A stretch of 64,000 bases of DNA from Cenococcum geophilum (Eukaryota), in NCBI GenBank assembly GCA_050273025.1, contig CP158635.1, forward strand, positions 21,018,001-21,082,000, given 5' to 3'. This document shows, piece after piece, positions 1 to 14,620 of this stretch. Under the pieces are notes generated by a model, which saw nothing but the letters and a program-made list of their open reading frames with translations, was not told the origin of the DNA and did not search any database. Positions within the stretch are counted from its first letter, which is position 1; each line of letters starts with the position of its first letter. Made by a program: the position numbers and the translations under genes.

Positions 1-3000
1 GTAATATATAGCTTAATAATTATTAAGCTATAAGTATTTTAAAACTATATATAAAGTAGCTTTAAAATTTTTTAAATTTATTTTATAAAAAGCTTAAATT
101 ACTATTTGATAAGCCATATTAAAATTTTTATATAAATAACTATAGTAGTTCTTAAGTTATAAGTATTTTAGTAGGGTAATATTAGTACCGTGCACGAGGT
201 GGCCTATACTTCTATATAGTGGTTAACACTAAAATAATATATTATAAAATATTAAACAGTTATATATTGTCTATATATGTGTACATTATACTAAGACATA
301 CTCTTATTATAGGGGATCGCTGCTTTAACTACAGCTACGCTATTGCTATTATATTATTATTAGCTTACTAAGTAGGTTGGGTTTTAAACACCTTATAGAA
401 CTTATTAATTATTATCCTTTTAGTTATTATACGCCTCGCTAATATAACTATATTAATTAGGTTCCACCTATCTACACTATATGTTATTAATATAGTAACT
501 ACCGGCGCTAACTGTCTAGATCTAGTAGCCTAGCCAAATACTTACACCTTTATATCTACCGTTATCGCTAGTTTAAGCAAATAAACTCTATACGTAGAGA
601 CTAAATTTAAACCCTCTCCTCTAACCCTTTAGTTAATAATAAAAAACTAGACTACGTTATTCTAGTAAGGACCGCCTATTAGAATATAAAACGCTTTATA
701 AATATCCTCCTAGTCTTTTAGGGATGTCCTAAACTCTATCTAGTAAATAGTTAAATATTTAAACTGGCTAAGCCTTTTATAAAAATACTATATTATATTA
801 TTAGTAATAGTTTACTACTAGTCTAATAGCTAACTTATAAGGCATAATAGCGTATATACTGCTGGTTCGTAACTACTAAATAGTAGTCTCTTATTAGGAT
901 TCCTTTTAAGTACTTTATTAACGTATTTTATAATTAGCTTTAGTTTTTTAGACTTAGTAATTATACTCTAATTCCTCTAAAGCGGATTCTTATCTAAAGG
1001 TTTATCCTATTTTTCGCTATAAAACTTATTAACTATCCACCTTAGCTTTGTTCTAACTTTTACCTTATCCTTCTACTATATATCCTACCACTTATCTCCT
1101 ACCTTAGCTAGGCCTAAAAAGATAGCAAAATTTTTTAATAAGCGACCGGCTGCTTCTAAAAATTAATCTATATTAAAGATGGGTTTTTTTCCTTTTCTTC
1201 CTTTAGCTTTCTAGTGTTTAAAAGCTTTATTTAGCTATTTAAAAGCATCTAAGGATGCTCTACGCAAGAGCTTATTAATATACGGTTTAAATATTAAATC
1301 GTTTATTATATAGCAGTCTTAGTAAACAACTAGTAGTAGCTTATTAATCACCCTCCTATTAAACTATTGGTCTTCCCCCATTCTACATATAATTAAGATC
1401 TTTATAATTAAAAAGGTGTGTTTTTTAAAGCCTATAATAACCTTGTTCGAAAAAAAAAGTAATTAGCTGCTCTTAGCTTTTTATATTTAATTAATATTTT
1501 AATATTATAATTATTAATTAATTTTGTATTTATGCAATCCGCCCAATTAGGGGCCCTAAAAATTTCTAAGGCGGGAATTAGACTTATAAAACCTTCGCTA
1601 GTTAGCGTACCGTAAGTAAATACTACTAAAGGTTAAGAGGTGTAGTAGGCTATTTTACTATTGCTATCCTTATAAAATAGGCCTAGGCGTTAGAAGTAAG
1701 GAAATACTGCTTAATTATTATATACTTATTTAGCCATTTTTATTAAATAACCTATCTCTAACCTATCTATATAAAACTTGTTAGTAAGAATCTCACTAAT
1801 AATATAATAAGGACCACCGTCTTTATAGAGATTAAAAATAGTCTTATACTATTCCTAAGCGGTCCAGGTTATTACTTAAGTTTATAACGTCGTAATTATA
1901 AGATACGAAGCCGATCTTAGGTCCATTTTCCACTAGACCTTCTCGCCTTCTCTTTCGCATTTTATAGGTTTAAGAATATCTTTATCTTTATCTATAAAAT
2001 TGTACTTCTTTATACTGGACCTAATAAAAGCCGAATAGTGTATATAAACTTGTAGTTTGCCTTTAGGAATATAATTATTTAGTTCTAAGGTTTTAAACTA
2101 TAATTTGACGTCTTTAACCGCTTAGGGTAGTAGATTTTGTCTAGTAATATATATAGTTAGTCCTACTAGCTAGTAAAGAAAATTTCTGGTAATACTTCCC
2201 TTAACATAACAGCACTATGGCATACTATTTATTTAACTTAGGCATTAGGCGTTAGGCGGCTATAGGTGTTTATCTATACTAGGGATAAAGTAGAGACTTT
2301 TATCTCTACCTTCTTAATTTTTCTAATTAAGCTAGTTAAGGTTAATCTTGGTTATTAACACACTAGTATACTAGATTAAGAGCATTTAAAATATCTTGCC
2401 TAAACCTATTATATCTACAAAAAAGGTCCCACCTAGGGCTATACAATTGCGAAGAGTATAAATAACACTAAGTAGCTAATATATCTATATAGCTTTACCC
2501 TTTTTTATACCATATAAGTGGAAGGTTGCGTTTTAAAGAGTGTTATAAATAGTTAACGGAAATGAGAGGAACCGTAGCGCCTTTACCCATAATATTGGGT
2601 TAATATATACTTCTTATACGTCCTTTAGGTAATCAACTTCCTAATTAACTTCCTTAATTTTATTCTTATACTTATCTTCTAGTTCCTTATTAGTCGAAAT
2701 AGGGTTAATTAAGGCGTTAAAGTAGCGGCGCTCCCATATACAGTTAAGATTAATTTCCCTAATATAAATTAGGTTAGGGTTATTATTTATATCCTTAAAT
2801 AATATATTAATAAACATTTCGCGATTAGACTTTGGCCATTTATTACACTATCCTTTTATCTTATCCTATGGCATTATCTTAAATGTTTATACTTTATCTA
2901 GATCTACGCCTTTTAAGAGCTCTAATTTATCTAGTAGGGGCTAGTCTTTACTACTACGGGTCTAGCTATAAGCAGTTTTAATTATAGCCGGCCGTACGGC

Positions 3001-5826
3001 TAATAATGCACTAGCAGGTATAGATGGCGTGGACTTTAGGGTTAATATAGGCTTTAGATTTAACTGCTTAGATATAGGTGGCGTAGACTATAAAATTGAC
3101 TGCTTATAACTACTTTAACTTAGGGTAAGTATACCTATTCTTCTCCTAGTTAGCACCGGTTATGTAATATTAGGGTTAAAGTTAAACTTAGAAGTACTCT
3201 TATTAAATCTTATACCTATAAACGTATGTTAGATAACTCTATATAATATTATATAATCTTATATAAGTTATAAAGTCTCTTACGCTTTATAATCCGATTA
3301 GGATTTTTAACTTTAATTATAATTATATTAAGTCTAGCCTTTTTTATAAAAAGCACCATAAATACTAGGTTTATATGGTTAAGATTTAGTATACTAGTAG
3401 TTAGATCTACTATAGCCTAGTTATCCCTATATTTATCTACCAAAAAGTTTATACTTATTACGGCCTATAGTTTATTATATCCATAGTAATATATATTAAC
3501 TTTCTCTAGAGAATCGGATAATAGATATTTATATTTAGTTTTTAATGCAAATCCGTATAGAATGGGGGCCCTATTTAATAGCATTTTATTTAAGTAACTA
3601 TATAGAGTAAAGCTCATTTTATAAAATAGTGTAGGTATAATATTTAGCTATTATAGGACTTTAATAGACAGATTACTAAGCACCTAGGTAGCCTTAAAGG
3701 CTACCCTTAATCTAGATAAATTAATAAACTACTCTCTAAAAAATAAGCCGCTATACTTTAAAATAATATTAGCTATTATAACCTCTACGCCTCTATGTCT
3801 GTTAGTCGTTATATATTACTATATAGATTTTTTAGCAGTAATAGCGAAAGCTTTAAACTCTAATAGTAGATCGGATCTCTTAAATATATACCCATACTTA
3901 GTATTAAGAAGGTTAAAGACTATACGCTTAACTCTATTTTATATAGGCCCGGACACTAGCAACCTATCGCTAAACGCTTTATTAATTTCGATAGTATAGT
4001 ATTAAAGGATTTCTTTATATGTTTTTTTGTTAATCGCGAGTCCTTACTACAGCTTTAGACCACTTATTTGCGATAAGTTCTTATTAATTATAGTAGTTAA
4101 GTACTAACTAGAGTCTAGGTATGGCGCCGCTATTATAGTTAAGGACCCTATATATTTATAAGCGGGTGAAAGTTTTATATAGAATAATATGGAGTAACTT
4201 ATAAAGATAGTGGAGCGGATAATATATTAGATAATTAGCAATAATCTAATAAGATAATTCTAATAGTTATAATAAGAAGGTGTACTAATAGTATTAACTT
4301 AAAATAATAGCGGATTTTAATAAGAGTAATATAAAAGTAATATAAGAAATAGAATAGAATGCGAGTCTTAATATAAGAAGTAGAATGAGATATAAGCTTT
4401 AATATAGGCAGTAAAATAAAATATAAGACTTAAAGTAAGAAACGGAATAAAAGGTGCGTAGTAAGACAAGATATAAGATTTACGCTACTGACTAAGTAAA
4501 TAAAATTATAAGATATAAATAGCAAGGCATATAAAAATAAGTGTAATCCGTAGTAGAACCCTTAAAATATTAGTTATTATATATATTATATAAAAAGCTA
4601 AAGAGTTATAGATAGGATAATAGATGTTCTAATAGGTATACTTAAGCAACTAGACTAGATATATAATAATAATAAAGCTAATAATTCTATTCTTTATATT
4701 ATAACTAGTTAGTAAAGCAGCTCTAAAGAGGTAGAAGAATAAGTTTAGGATAATCTAAGACATTAAAAAATGTCTAGGATTATATAAAAAAGTAAAATAT
4801 AATATAGCATTTTATTCTACGAGCGCAAGGTAAGATAAAATGCATAGTAGAGAGAAATAGGGGAATAATCTAAGATATTATAAAAGGCCTAAAATTGTAT
4901 AAAAAAAAGTAAAATATAATATAGTATTTTATCCTATAAGTGTAAGATAAGGTAAAGTATATAATAGAGAGAGGTAGGGGGATAATCTAAGACATTATAA
5001 AAAGTCTAAGATTGTATAAAACAAAGTGAAATATAATATGGTATTTTATCCTATAAGCGTAAGATAAGGCTTTAGGATACCCTTTTACCTAAAGTATAAC
5101 CTATTTTTAAGCTATATTACTAATAAAGCAACTTTTTTTTAGATAAGCTGTTATATCTACTATATAGGCAACCTAAAACTAGTATCCTAGATCCTACTTA
5201 TAGCTACTACGCTTTATATTAGAGATATTTGCTAGACTTATTTATATATAGGTCCTATAGTCCGAATTATATATTAAGCCATCTATAACACAGCTATTAT
5301 TACTTTAGCCCTATAACACCGTACTCTTATTTACACGCCTTTTTTTTCTATTTCCTGCTATTATTTGCTTAATCTTTTAAACTTCTATAGCCGCCTAAAC
5401 CAATACTATAGCCTCTTTGTCTTTAAAAATATAGCTATATTAAGCTTACCTTAGCCTTAATTTCTCTAAATACATACTGCCTAAAAATGTATCCTACCTT
5501 ATACAACTACTATAAGCTCTACCTACAATATAGCGTCTAGTGCCCTAGCGCAAAGCGGGCTTTTTTAAAAGCCGTATTATAATGCCTTCTAGAGACTAGA
5601 TACCTAAAGCCTCTTTAGCCGCTATAAATAAGGGAGATGCCAATACGTAAATTAACGGTAGTATACTAGGTGGAGATGGCCTTAATCTTTATAAGCTAGG
5701 GTAAAATATTAAGGTTAAGCTAGCCGATCTATAGGCTAACCTAAATAACCCGTTCTTTTCTAGTAAATCATTTAAAGAGCTCTAACTATATTTTAGCTCT
5801 TCGCACCCTAGTAGTATATAGGCTCG
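1..5826. mobile_element. Heavily RIP-degraded repeat relic, family not identified
   Basis: Extreme TpA excess and no ORF in the track. I could not recover a diagnostic motif. Confidence 0.45.
4748..5070. repeat. Tandem repeat, ~3 x 116 bp
   Basis: 'ataatctaaga.att....aaa..tcta..att.tataaaa..agt.aaatataatat' recurs near 4750, 4865 and 4982. Confidence 0.8.
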
Positions 5827-5839
5827 TACTAATATATCT

Positions 5840-7946
5840 TTTTTTTTTATATATCCATTGTATTATACTACGTATAATACTGCGCATGCAGTCTTGGGCT
5901 ATGGCGCTATAGTTCTATATATATAAATCCTTTTTAGGCAGCTTAATATATACTAGTAGCTATGTCCTAGTGGTTTATAAACCCCTAAATTAGGAGTTTA
6001 TAGTTTCCTAGTAAGATACTAAGATACTACAACTACTAGGGAATGAGAAAATGGTAAGAAAAACTATAAGAAATCCTAACCCCTATCCCTATCCTTTTGC
6101 AATTTATTTCTGTCCTTTTGCTCTCTAATATCTCTTTAAGAGCCTAGTAGGAGTTGCCTCCTTTTAGAATCCTATCTGTTTTATTCTTCCATAGAATCTT
6201 CTTCGCGTACTAGTTTAGCAGCTTTAAGAGTCTTGCAGTCTCTACTATTAGCAAAGTGTTTTTCTTTACAATTAATGTAAAGAGGGGTGGTATGCTAGTA
6301 AGGCTTGCCTGTTGTTATACAGGTAGAATAGGAATGGTCTTTAGATAAATGTGCAGCTGCATAGTATCTGCAGGCCCTAGTAGAGCACCTGTCTCCTATA
6401 TGGCCAAATTTTTGGCAGCTCGTACACTGCGTAGTGGGAGAGACTTCGAGGTATTTTACTACCTTAGTAGCTGTACCTGCAATTGATATCTCTTTTTGCT
6501 TAAGGATTTCTTGTCTTTTTTCTTTGTTCTTTATAGTAAAAACTATAGAGCCAAATCTGGTCTGTGGATCGTGTCTTTTTACACTAGATGAGATCTATTT
6601 AGGTAGTCCTTGTATCCTTATAGGATTAAAGGTCTTAATTTCTTCTTTTAGAAGCTTAGAGCCTCCTTCTCCTAGGAAAGGTAGGGTAGGAACCCTATGG
6701 GCTATAATTTGAACCCATAGTTCTAGTTTTTATTCTCTTTAAAAGGTAAAGCAGTTATGCTAGATTTCCTTATATTTAACTAGGAAATCCGCATTATACT
6801 TTTCTGTAGTCGTAAGGAGAATATTTTGTTTTCCTTTAGTTCTAGCTATAGATGCTAAAATAGGTTTTTTTACTTGCAGTTTTGATGCAAATAGTTAATT
6901 AACTTTGTTTCGTATAGAGAAGGTATCTAGAGGTTGGTCCTTTTAGTCTGTAATTAAGACTAGCTTTCTTTCTTGTAGTTGCTTTTTCTTACTTCTAGTA
7001 GAAGTAGAAGGAGTAGGAAATGGTAGTGACGAGGAGGGTAGAGAGGACGAAGTAGGGAGGTCCTTCTTTAGCCTCTCTGCGTAGGTTTCTTTAGTAGGGG
7101 CTACCTCCTTACGGAGAGCTCTTACTTCTTTAACTAGTCCTTCTAGGATATCTTTTGTATTTTTTTTTCCTTTTATAAAGGGATTTTCTCCTGCTAGGAC
7201 ACTACGTGTATAGTCCTCCAGCTGTTTAACTTGTTCCTTTTTGTCTTCTTCTTCTTCTTCTTCTAGCCCTTTATAGGCCTGGGTTAGGCTATCTAGAGCC
7301 TTTTGTAGGTATTGTTCTGGAGAAAGGGGAGAGAAAGATATACTAGGTATACCAGCCGTAAAAGTCATTAGTTTGGTTGTCTTTTTTGTAGGTTTTTGGT
7401 TTTCTTTTTTAGTAGAAGACTGAGGATGTCCTCTTTTTTCTCTTGTCCTAAATAGGCTAGGAGAAGGAGAAGGGCTGGAAAAAGTGAATGTAGATATAGA
7501 CTCATTATTACTTATTTCTATAGGAGGTTTCTTTTTAGGCCTACCGGGCCTTGGCATTTTGTGTCTTATAGGGGGTTTTTCCTAGTTTTTACTATCCTTA
7601 TACCCTTTCTCCTTACTAATCCTACTAGAAGATTTCTGGGGAGATTAGGCTAAGAGGTAGTAGAGAAACTAGCCCCTATTTTGTAGTTTTGGTATTAGTG
7701 GTAGTGGTAGTAGTTTTGGTATTCCTGTCCGTGCCTCGCTTATAAGCTAGGGCCACCCTTAGAGAAATTTTTTCTGTTGGGAAAAGGGGGTAAAACGACA
7801 AATAAATCCACCTCTAGCTTGCTAGGCAGTAGGAATTAGGCCCCGAAAGTTAGAAAATCGATTGTTTTTGATGGTAAGATGGGTATGCGTAAGTTTTGGA
7901 GTGTGGCGCTACCTTTTGGTAAGGTTGCATATGTGGTGAAGGTTTT
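5840..7946 (-). mobile_element. Internally deleted LINE (Tad1-like): 5' end + ORF1 (gag, CCHC knuckles) + 3' UTR + poly(A), without ORF2
   Basis: 13-bp TSD TACTAATATATCT at 5827-5839 and 7947-7959; poly-T at 5840. ORF1 begins MPRPGRPKKK (7557) and contains CTSCQKFGHIGDRC (~6430-6390). The 3' UTR matches that of the LINE at 52560. Confidence 0.85.
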
Positions 7947-8489
7947 TACTAATATATCTATTTAATAGAAAACTAGAGATATTAAAAGGAATTCTAAAAA
8001 TAAACTTTTAAAAGCTGTTAAAGATAAGTAGTTAGCCTATAAGACACGGGCTTTCTATTTAGTTACTTCGCGGGCTTTAAATTATCTATATTATTACCGA
8101 TACCCATTATTCAGCCTAGCCCTTTAGTATTACCCTAATAACAAATATAAAACTTCCGGGCGGCAGCTTAAGTTAGACATTAGTTAAAACTTTATATACC
8201 TAAGACCGCATATTATAGTTCTAAGTACTAACTTATTCAGTTATTGTAACTTAACTAGCACTACCCTTAATCTTCCCTTTTTTTTTTTACTACGGCTTAT
8301 ATAGAAATAATGGAATTCATAGGTCTGGATAGCTAATATCGTCGGGCTCTATAACATTAGTGGTAAATAATATCTTCGCCGTAGCTGTGGTCCTATAGCT
8401 ATTACCTAAGAATACTATATATTATTATTTAGACGGATAAAGGTTTTTTAGGTACTATTAAGTCTTTAGTTTATAGTGTCTAGTTCTAC

Positions 8490-8855
8490 TACTTTAGACT
8501 CTTTAAGTTCTTAAACTTAGTATTAAGCTCAGTATTAAGCTAGTTATACTTACGCTTTAGCGTATAGTTTAACTACCTTAGACTTTTTTAAGTCCTTAAA
8601 CTTAGTATTAAGCTAGATATACTTACGCTTTAGCGTTTATTCTAGCTACCTTAAACTCTTTTAAGTCCTTAAACTCAGTGTTAAGCTAGTCATACTTATG
8701 CTTTAGCATCCAGTTTAGCTGCCTTAGACTCTTTTAAGTCCTTAAACTTAATATTAAGCTAGTTATACTTACACTTTAGTGTCTATTTTGGCTGCCTTAA
8801 ACTCTTTTAAGTCCTTAAACTCGGTATTAGGCTAGTTATACTTATACTTTAGCAT
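8490..8855. repeat. Tandem repeat, ~5 x 72 bp
   Basis: 'ctcttttaagtccttaaact.agt.ttaagctag.tatactta.gctttagc' recurs at ~8500, 8583, 8657, 8729 and 8801. Confidence 0.85.
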
Positions 8856-9364
8856 AACTAGTTCTAGTAAGAAAATAAGAGGTATACTCTTAGTAGCTAT
8901 AAAGCCAAGCCACTTATATAGATTAAATACCGGCAATTAACCGTTAGTACTATAACACGTACTCTTTACGCCTAGAAATAATACCACATTGTTTAATATA
9001 TAATTAGCAATAATGTAGCGGAGCTATCTATAGTGTTCTTATACCCCTAACAGTTATAATAGCCTTTACTAATACCTACGGTGCTATAAAAGGCGGCTAC
9101 CTAGCTACTAACACGTCTATAAAAAAGCACGCGAAGAGAGATATAATACTCGTATATTTATTACGGCCTAACTGCTTATAATTCGCGATCAATTCCATTA
9201 CTCTTACTGGTTAAATAATGCGTAATTATAACCGGATAGTATATATATAGATACAGATAAGTACGCTTTGGTGGCGGTAAAATATAAGCAGAATACCTAT
9301 CTAGTGCCTCCGTGTGGTATACCATATTAGAAAAGCGTTATATCGTTATTATTATTACTTAAAG

Positions 9365-9491
9365 TGTGAGGTGATAAGCTCCGCACCACTCAGCCACACA
9401 AACCCACAAAAGGTAAACGAGTGACTGGCTTAATGCTAGACACGGCTATGCGGAACAATATATATAGGCGAGGTGACTTCGTCACCTGACA
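9365..9491. mobile_element. Solo LTR, 127 bp
   Basis: Termini TGTGAGG...CCTGACA flanked by 5-bp TSD TAAAG (9360-9364, 9492-9496); much less RIP-biased than its flanks. Confidence 0.8.
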
Positions 9492-9599
9492 TAAAGTAAA
9501 GATATTTAAAGTAACTAAGAATATAAAGGCAGGTGAACCAATTTTATATAAGACCAATAATAATATATAGTAAATTAGCCAGACAATTTTAGATATTAC

Positions 9600-12480
9600 T
9601 ATATTATAACACAATAATAGCTAAAGTATACTATATAATCCTTTTTATTCGGAGTTTAATTATGCCTTTTTAATATAGCTGCACTATATTTGCTATATAA
9701 AGGGAGACGTCAACATACTACTTAAAGACACCTACCTTAGCCTACTTTATAGCCTGCTTAGCTTCCAATCTATAAATCAATAGGAAGAACTAATTACTAC
9801 TATTCTATTTAATATATAAGATAAATAATAGCTCCGATTAGAGTATAAGGTAGAATTAAATATTAAAGGCTCTAAGTAAAGGGAATACTATATTCTTTAC
9901 CAGGATATTATAAATATAATTGCCTTTCTAATTAGCTATTAACCCTTTAAAGATATACTAGTATATATACTAAAGAGACTCTATAATGCCGAAAACCACT
10001 AAGTCTATAATAAGCTATATAGCGGTAATTAGTAGTAAAAAACATAAGGCAAGCTTCCTAGCGGTGCTATAGTAGTTCCTATACTTATAGCAGTTAATAA
10101 GACCCAGCTAATAATACACTATAGCGACAAATTGGCCTGGCCGGTATATCTTACTATTAGTAATCTTAACCAACAAGTTTAGCGCTAATAGATATCCCCC
10201 GCAAATATCCTTATCGGCTTTATACTAGTTATTAAAGAAAAAGATAACAATATAAAAAGTAAAGCATATTATAAGGTAATAAGAACTATACTTAAATATA
10301 AGTCCTACTTTAGTATTCTAACGCTATATTCTATTAACTAAAATATAATAATAATTAAGTATCTTACAGAAAGCGGCGTAGACCTTTAATATACGGATAA
10401 TTTTATGTAATAATATTATCTAATTATATATAGAATAATAGCAGACTATAAAGAATAAGTGCTGCTTATAGGTGTTAAAAGCCAATAGCACTGCACTATA
10501 TACTAGGCCCCCCCTTTAAAGTATAAGAACTTAATCACAAAATAATACCCGTTACGCAACTATAAGGAGATAAGAAGATAGATTAAACGCTAGAAACTAG
10601 AGAATATTCTTTTATCCTTAAATAACTGGGTATACCTAGTAGAATATTTCGCGTAGCACTATTACCTATTTAATATCTATAAGGGCATAATAGTAGATGT
10701 TCTATATTAGCTTCTAAAGGGTATTATTATATAACTTATTAAATAGGTACGGAAACTAGTAGGCGATATTGTCTAGCTAAAAAGAAAGAGAAGAGGGATA
10801 AAGATAACTATAATAAATATATCTGCGGAGGCTTAGCTTAATTAGCGTTTTAGATAAATCCTAGCTTTTATAGGGCTAAAACGGTTTAATAACCTATTAT
10901 TTAGTAAAGTTACTTAATAAACAGGTAATAAATAAAAAGCCATAGTTTGTTAACTTATCGCTATATTAGCCCTACTACTATCGTCTAGGGAACTATATGC
11001 TATGCATTTTACAAGAGCCGTATACAACTTTATTATTATAGCTTAGTATTATACCCACGACGAGGAGACACTACGATATATACACTACGCCCTATATTAA
11101 ATTGATATGCTTAAAAGCGTGTTTTAAAGTTTCCGTTTAAAGGTAAAGGATTCTAATACGGGCCATTTTAATATACTAAAATTCCATACCCTTGTATATT
11201 TTAAGGAAAATATCCGCCTATACGGATGCGTAGATGGGTACTATACTAGCGCAAATAGCGAGGCTAGACACCGTTATATTATTAAGGCGTTTTATAACTT
11301 AATAAATAAACGGGATTCGCTATTTTAAATCTGCTCTTATAATTTAAGATAGGTAGTAGTACTAGCAATAGAAGACGAAATAGCTTTTATAAATAGTGAT
11401 TCTATACTATAGTCTTCCCAGCGTTTAAAGGTGTAGGTTACTTAACTAATATAGCATTTAGCAGTTATAAAGCTTCGGTAGCCTTTAGAAGATATAAATA
11501 GGGCAATAGATCTTATTTAAAGGCGTCTTAAGTTAAAGATATGGCTTTATATATCTTATATAGCAAACTGCTATAAAATCCTAGGGTTTCTAGACGGCAT
11601 TGCGGTATTTGTCTAAAAGTATAGGCGAAAACTATAAGGCGAATATACCTAGAACTCCGATATAGACTAGAAAGAGAAGGACCCCTTATAGGTTAAGCGC
11701 CTACTTATTAAAATATATCTATCTATTCGCTATTAGAAACGAGATAGAAAAAATACAACCGACCTTAAGGGCTAAATTAGTGAGGTAGTACGTTGTATAC
11801 TAAATTGGTAATATTTTAACTAGTAAAGACGTGATTATATATAGGTCTAAGAGTATATAAATAACGGCGACTGTTACAGTACGTGCGGACTGTCAAGGTA
11901 CGATGTACGAGGTGACTGTATATGATTGACAAACGATGTCGTGTAAGGATCTATATAGGAGGTAAGGTGGTATATATACACATCGCTCAGGGGTCAGGTC
12001 CGTACTCATGCATACACGTAGCCATAACAACGCGTTAGGTCAGTGCCGTGACAGCGACCGTATTAGAAAGGGCCGCACGCTATTAGGTAGAAGACTTATA
12101 GGCTAGCTTTAGCTAATTATTACTATTCTAGATATTAAAAGGTTAGATAAGTATAGTGTATACATGCAGTATACTAGAGCTATAGTAGAGCTGCTTTAGC
12201 CATTAAATTATGGACTGCCGCATCTAATACACGGCATAGTTAAGGTGAAAAGGTGGCCGCGCTCGAGCGTAAATACTAGGTAAGTACTTGGAGGTAGTCG
12301 CTTTTATTTAATACTATCTATTCTATAAAGCGCGCATATTGTTCTAGCCGCAACTTCTTATCTAGATTTATACTACGTTAATAATTATATTAATTAGGAC
12401 CAATACAATACTCTATACTTAGATAACTTTCTTAAAGAAGGAACTTATATTACGTTATTATATAGAAGCTAAGACAAATA
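9600..12480 (+). mobile_element. RIP-inactivated Plavaka-type transposase relic
   Basis: Motifs readable through RIP changes: (D)KTQL (~10098), AWPVYLTI(G)NL (10135), ADY(E)E(Q)VLL (10441), DVL(HQ)LLKG (10696), FNI(P)KFHTLV(H)F..IRLYG (11167). Boundaries approximate. Confidence 0.75.
11872..12053. mobile_element. Solo LTR, 182 bp, inserted in the Plavaka relic
   Basis: TGTTAC...GTGACA with TSD GCGAC on both sides; related to the RIPed LTR at ~19616-19794. Confidence 0.9.
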
Positions 12481-12689
12481 GTAAAAGCAGCTAAGCTAGC
12501 ATAGAACCTATAATATATAATATAATAATAAACCTATATAAGACTATATAGGACTATATAAGATTATATAAGATTATATATATTATATATTATAAGCTAG
12601 TATACTATAGGCTAAGAAAATAGTAAAAATTCATTTGCGCAATTGGCATACAACTTTAAAATATTATATTATATTACCTTAATTACATA

Positions 12690-12978
12690 TTAAGAAATGT
12701 GCAGTTAGCTTTTAAAGTTATTAAGTTAGTTAATTACATGTTAAGGAATGTGCAATTAGCTTTTAAAGTTATTAAGTAGGTTAACTACGTATTATTTAAC
12801 TTTTAAATATATTAAGTTGGTTAATTGCGTATTAAGTTAATTAAGTTAAATATTAAGTTGGTTAATTACGTGTTAAGTTAGTTAAGTTATATATTAAGTT
12901 AGTCAATTGCGTGTTAAGTTAGTTAAGTTATATATTAAGTTGGTCAATTGCATGTTAATTACGCGAAACGCGCTAAAC
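12690..12978. repeat. Short tandem repeats (ttaagttggtcaattgcgtgttaagttag-like), probably the subterminal array of the Plavaka-type element
   Basis: About 7 degenerate copies ending at 'cgcgaaacgcgctaaaca', where Gypsy gag sequence abruptly begins. Confidence 0.6.
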
Positions 12979-12979
12979 A

Positions 12980-14620
12980 AAGTCTACTTAAATCTTATTC
13001 TGCGAATATTTTCCCAATATAGATCCTATTATTAATCTTAATTGCTTAATTAATTAAATCCCTAAAAGTATCCGCATCTTCTATTAGGATAATTACATCT
13101 TAGACTTTTACCATAAGTCCTTACTTATACTATACTATAAGCGCTTTATCGTTCTATTTAACTTATATTGCTAATATTTAAAACTATATTATATACTTAA
13201 TTACTAAAGTTCTTTATATTAGGTTTTAAAGCTTTTTTTTTACTATAGTGGTTACCTCTAAGTCTCTAAATATTTATATTAATTATTTTATAAACCTATT
13301 TTAACTTAAGAATATATATTATACCTCCTAGTTAGTAGTTATTATGCTATACTCCTATACCTTTGTAAGGTAAGGCTTAAACTACTTAAGTGCCCTTTTT
13401 GTTAAGAATAATTCTATATAAGTAATTTAGTCTATAAGCATTTCTAATTTAACTTCTTCCTACGTAACCTTAAAGTGTATTTAGGTAAGGAATCCCTTAA
13501 GCTTTAACTTCTCCCCTAAAAATCGCTTAATTAAGGGTAACTTAACCTTAGCTACTCCAATTCTATTAATCCTTTCTTTAAGTATCCTATTATTATCTGT
13601 TAATTAATTAACTATTTCCTATAGCTATCTAATAGTAACTAGTTACGAGTTAGTATCTACTATACTAGTATTATTACTTAATCTTAAGGTAGTCGCTGTT
13701 ACGGACGCTTTAAGTACAATATTATAACTACTAGGAGAGGAGTCGAAAGCAGCTAGTTAGTTAATTAAGGTATAGTCTAGGATAAAGCCAATAGAACTAT
13801 ATAACAAGAAATGGTAACTAAGGTTATATAACGTGCTACGTATTAAATAAGAGAAATAGGAGGAACTTATATACCTTATATATAAGACGTACCTTATATA
13901 TAAGGAGGATTTCTTAAAAGTACGGTTGTGTATTTAAAGGACTATAGTCCCTACCTAGATAGTTCTTCTCTTTATAATAAATCTTAAAATATAATTAAAG
14001 TTAATCTATTAGGCAACTACTCCACTAGTTATTATTACGTTGTTAACTTCTTATTTACCTTATACCTAGCCTATTAATAAGTCTATTATAGTTCCTGCTA
14101 TAAGACTTTATTATAGTCGCCACTATAGACGCCGTTATAGCTATTGCTTTTAGTAGCATATTGTTTAACTTTATTAATACTATAACCTTAGTAGTAAATA
14201 TATAATAAAGCCTTATAGTAGGAACTATAGTAAACTTATTAATAGGCTAGGTATATAGGTAAATAAGAAGTTAATAACGTAATAATAATTAGTGGAGTAG
14301 TTGCCTAATAGATTAACTCTAATTATATTCTAAGATTTACTATAAAGAGAAGAACTATCTAGGTAGGGACTATAGTCCTTTAAATATATAACTATACTTT
14401 TAAGAAATCCTCCTTATATATAAGGTACGTCTTATATATAAGGTACGTAAGTTCTTCTTATTCCTCTTATTTAATATATAGCACGTTATATAACTTTAGT
14501 TACTATTCCTCGTTATATAGTTCTATCGGCTCTATTCTAGACTATGCCTTAATTAACTAACTAGCTACTTCCGACTCCTCTCCTAGTAGTTATAATATTG
14601 TACTTAAAGCGTCCGTAACA
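12980..14620 (-). mobile_element. 5' fragment of a Gypsy element (5' LTR ~14202-14620 + gag start), same group as the elements at 33988-56825
   Basis: LTR ends ...gcgtccgtaaca. The gag relic matches the reverse complement of ~34500-35220. Confidence 0.85.
13697..14115 (+). mobile_element. Solo LTR inserted in opposite orientation into the gag of its own family
   Basis: Starts TGTTACGGACGC; TSD GTCGC at 13692-13696 and 14116-14120; inverted copy of 14202-14620. Confidence 0.9.
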
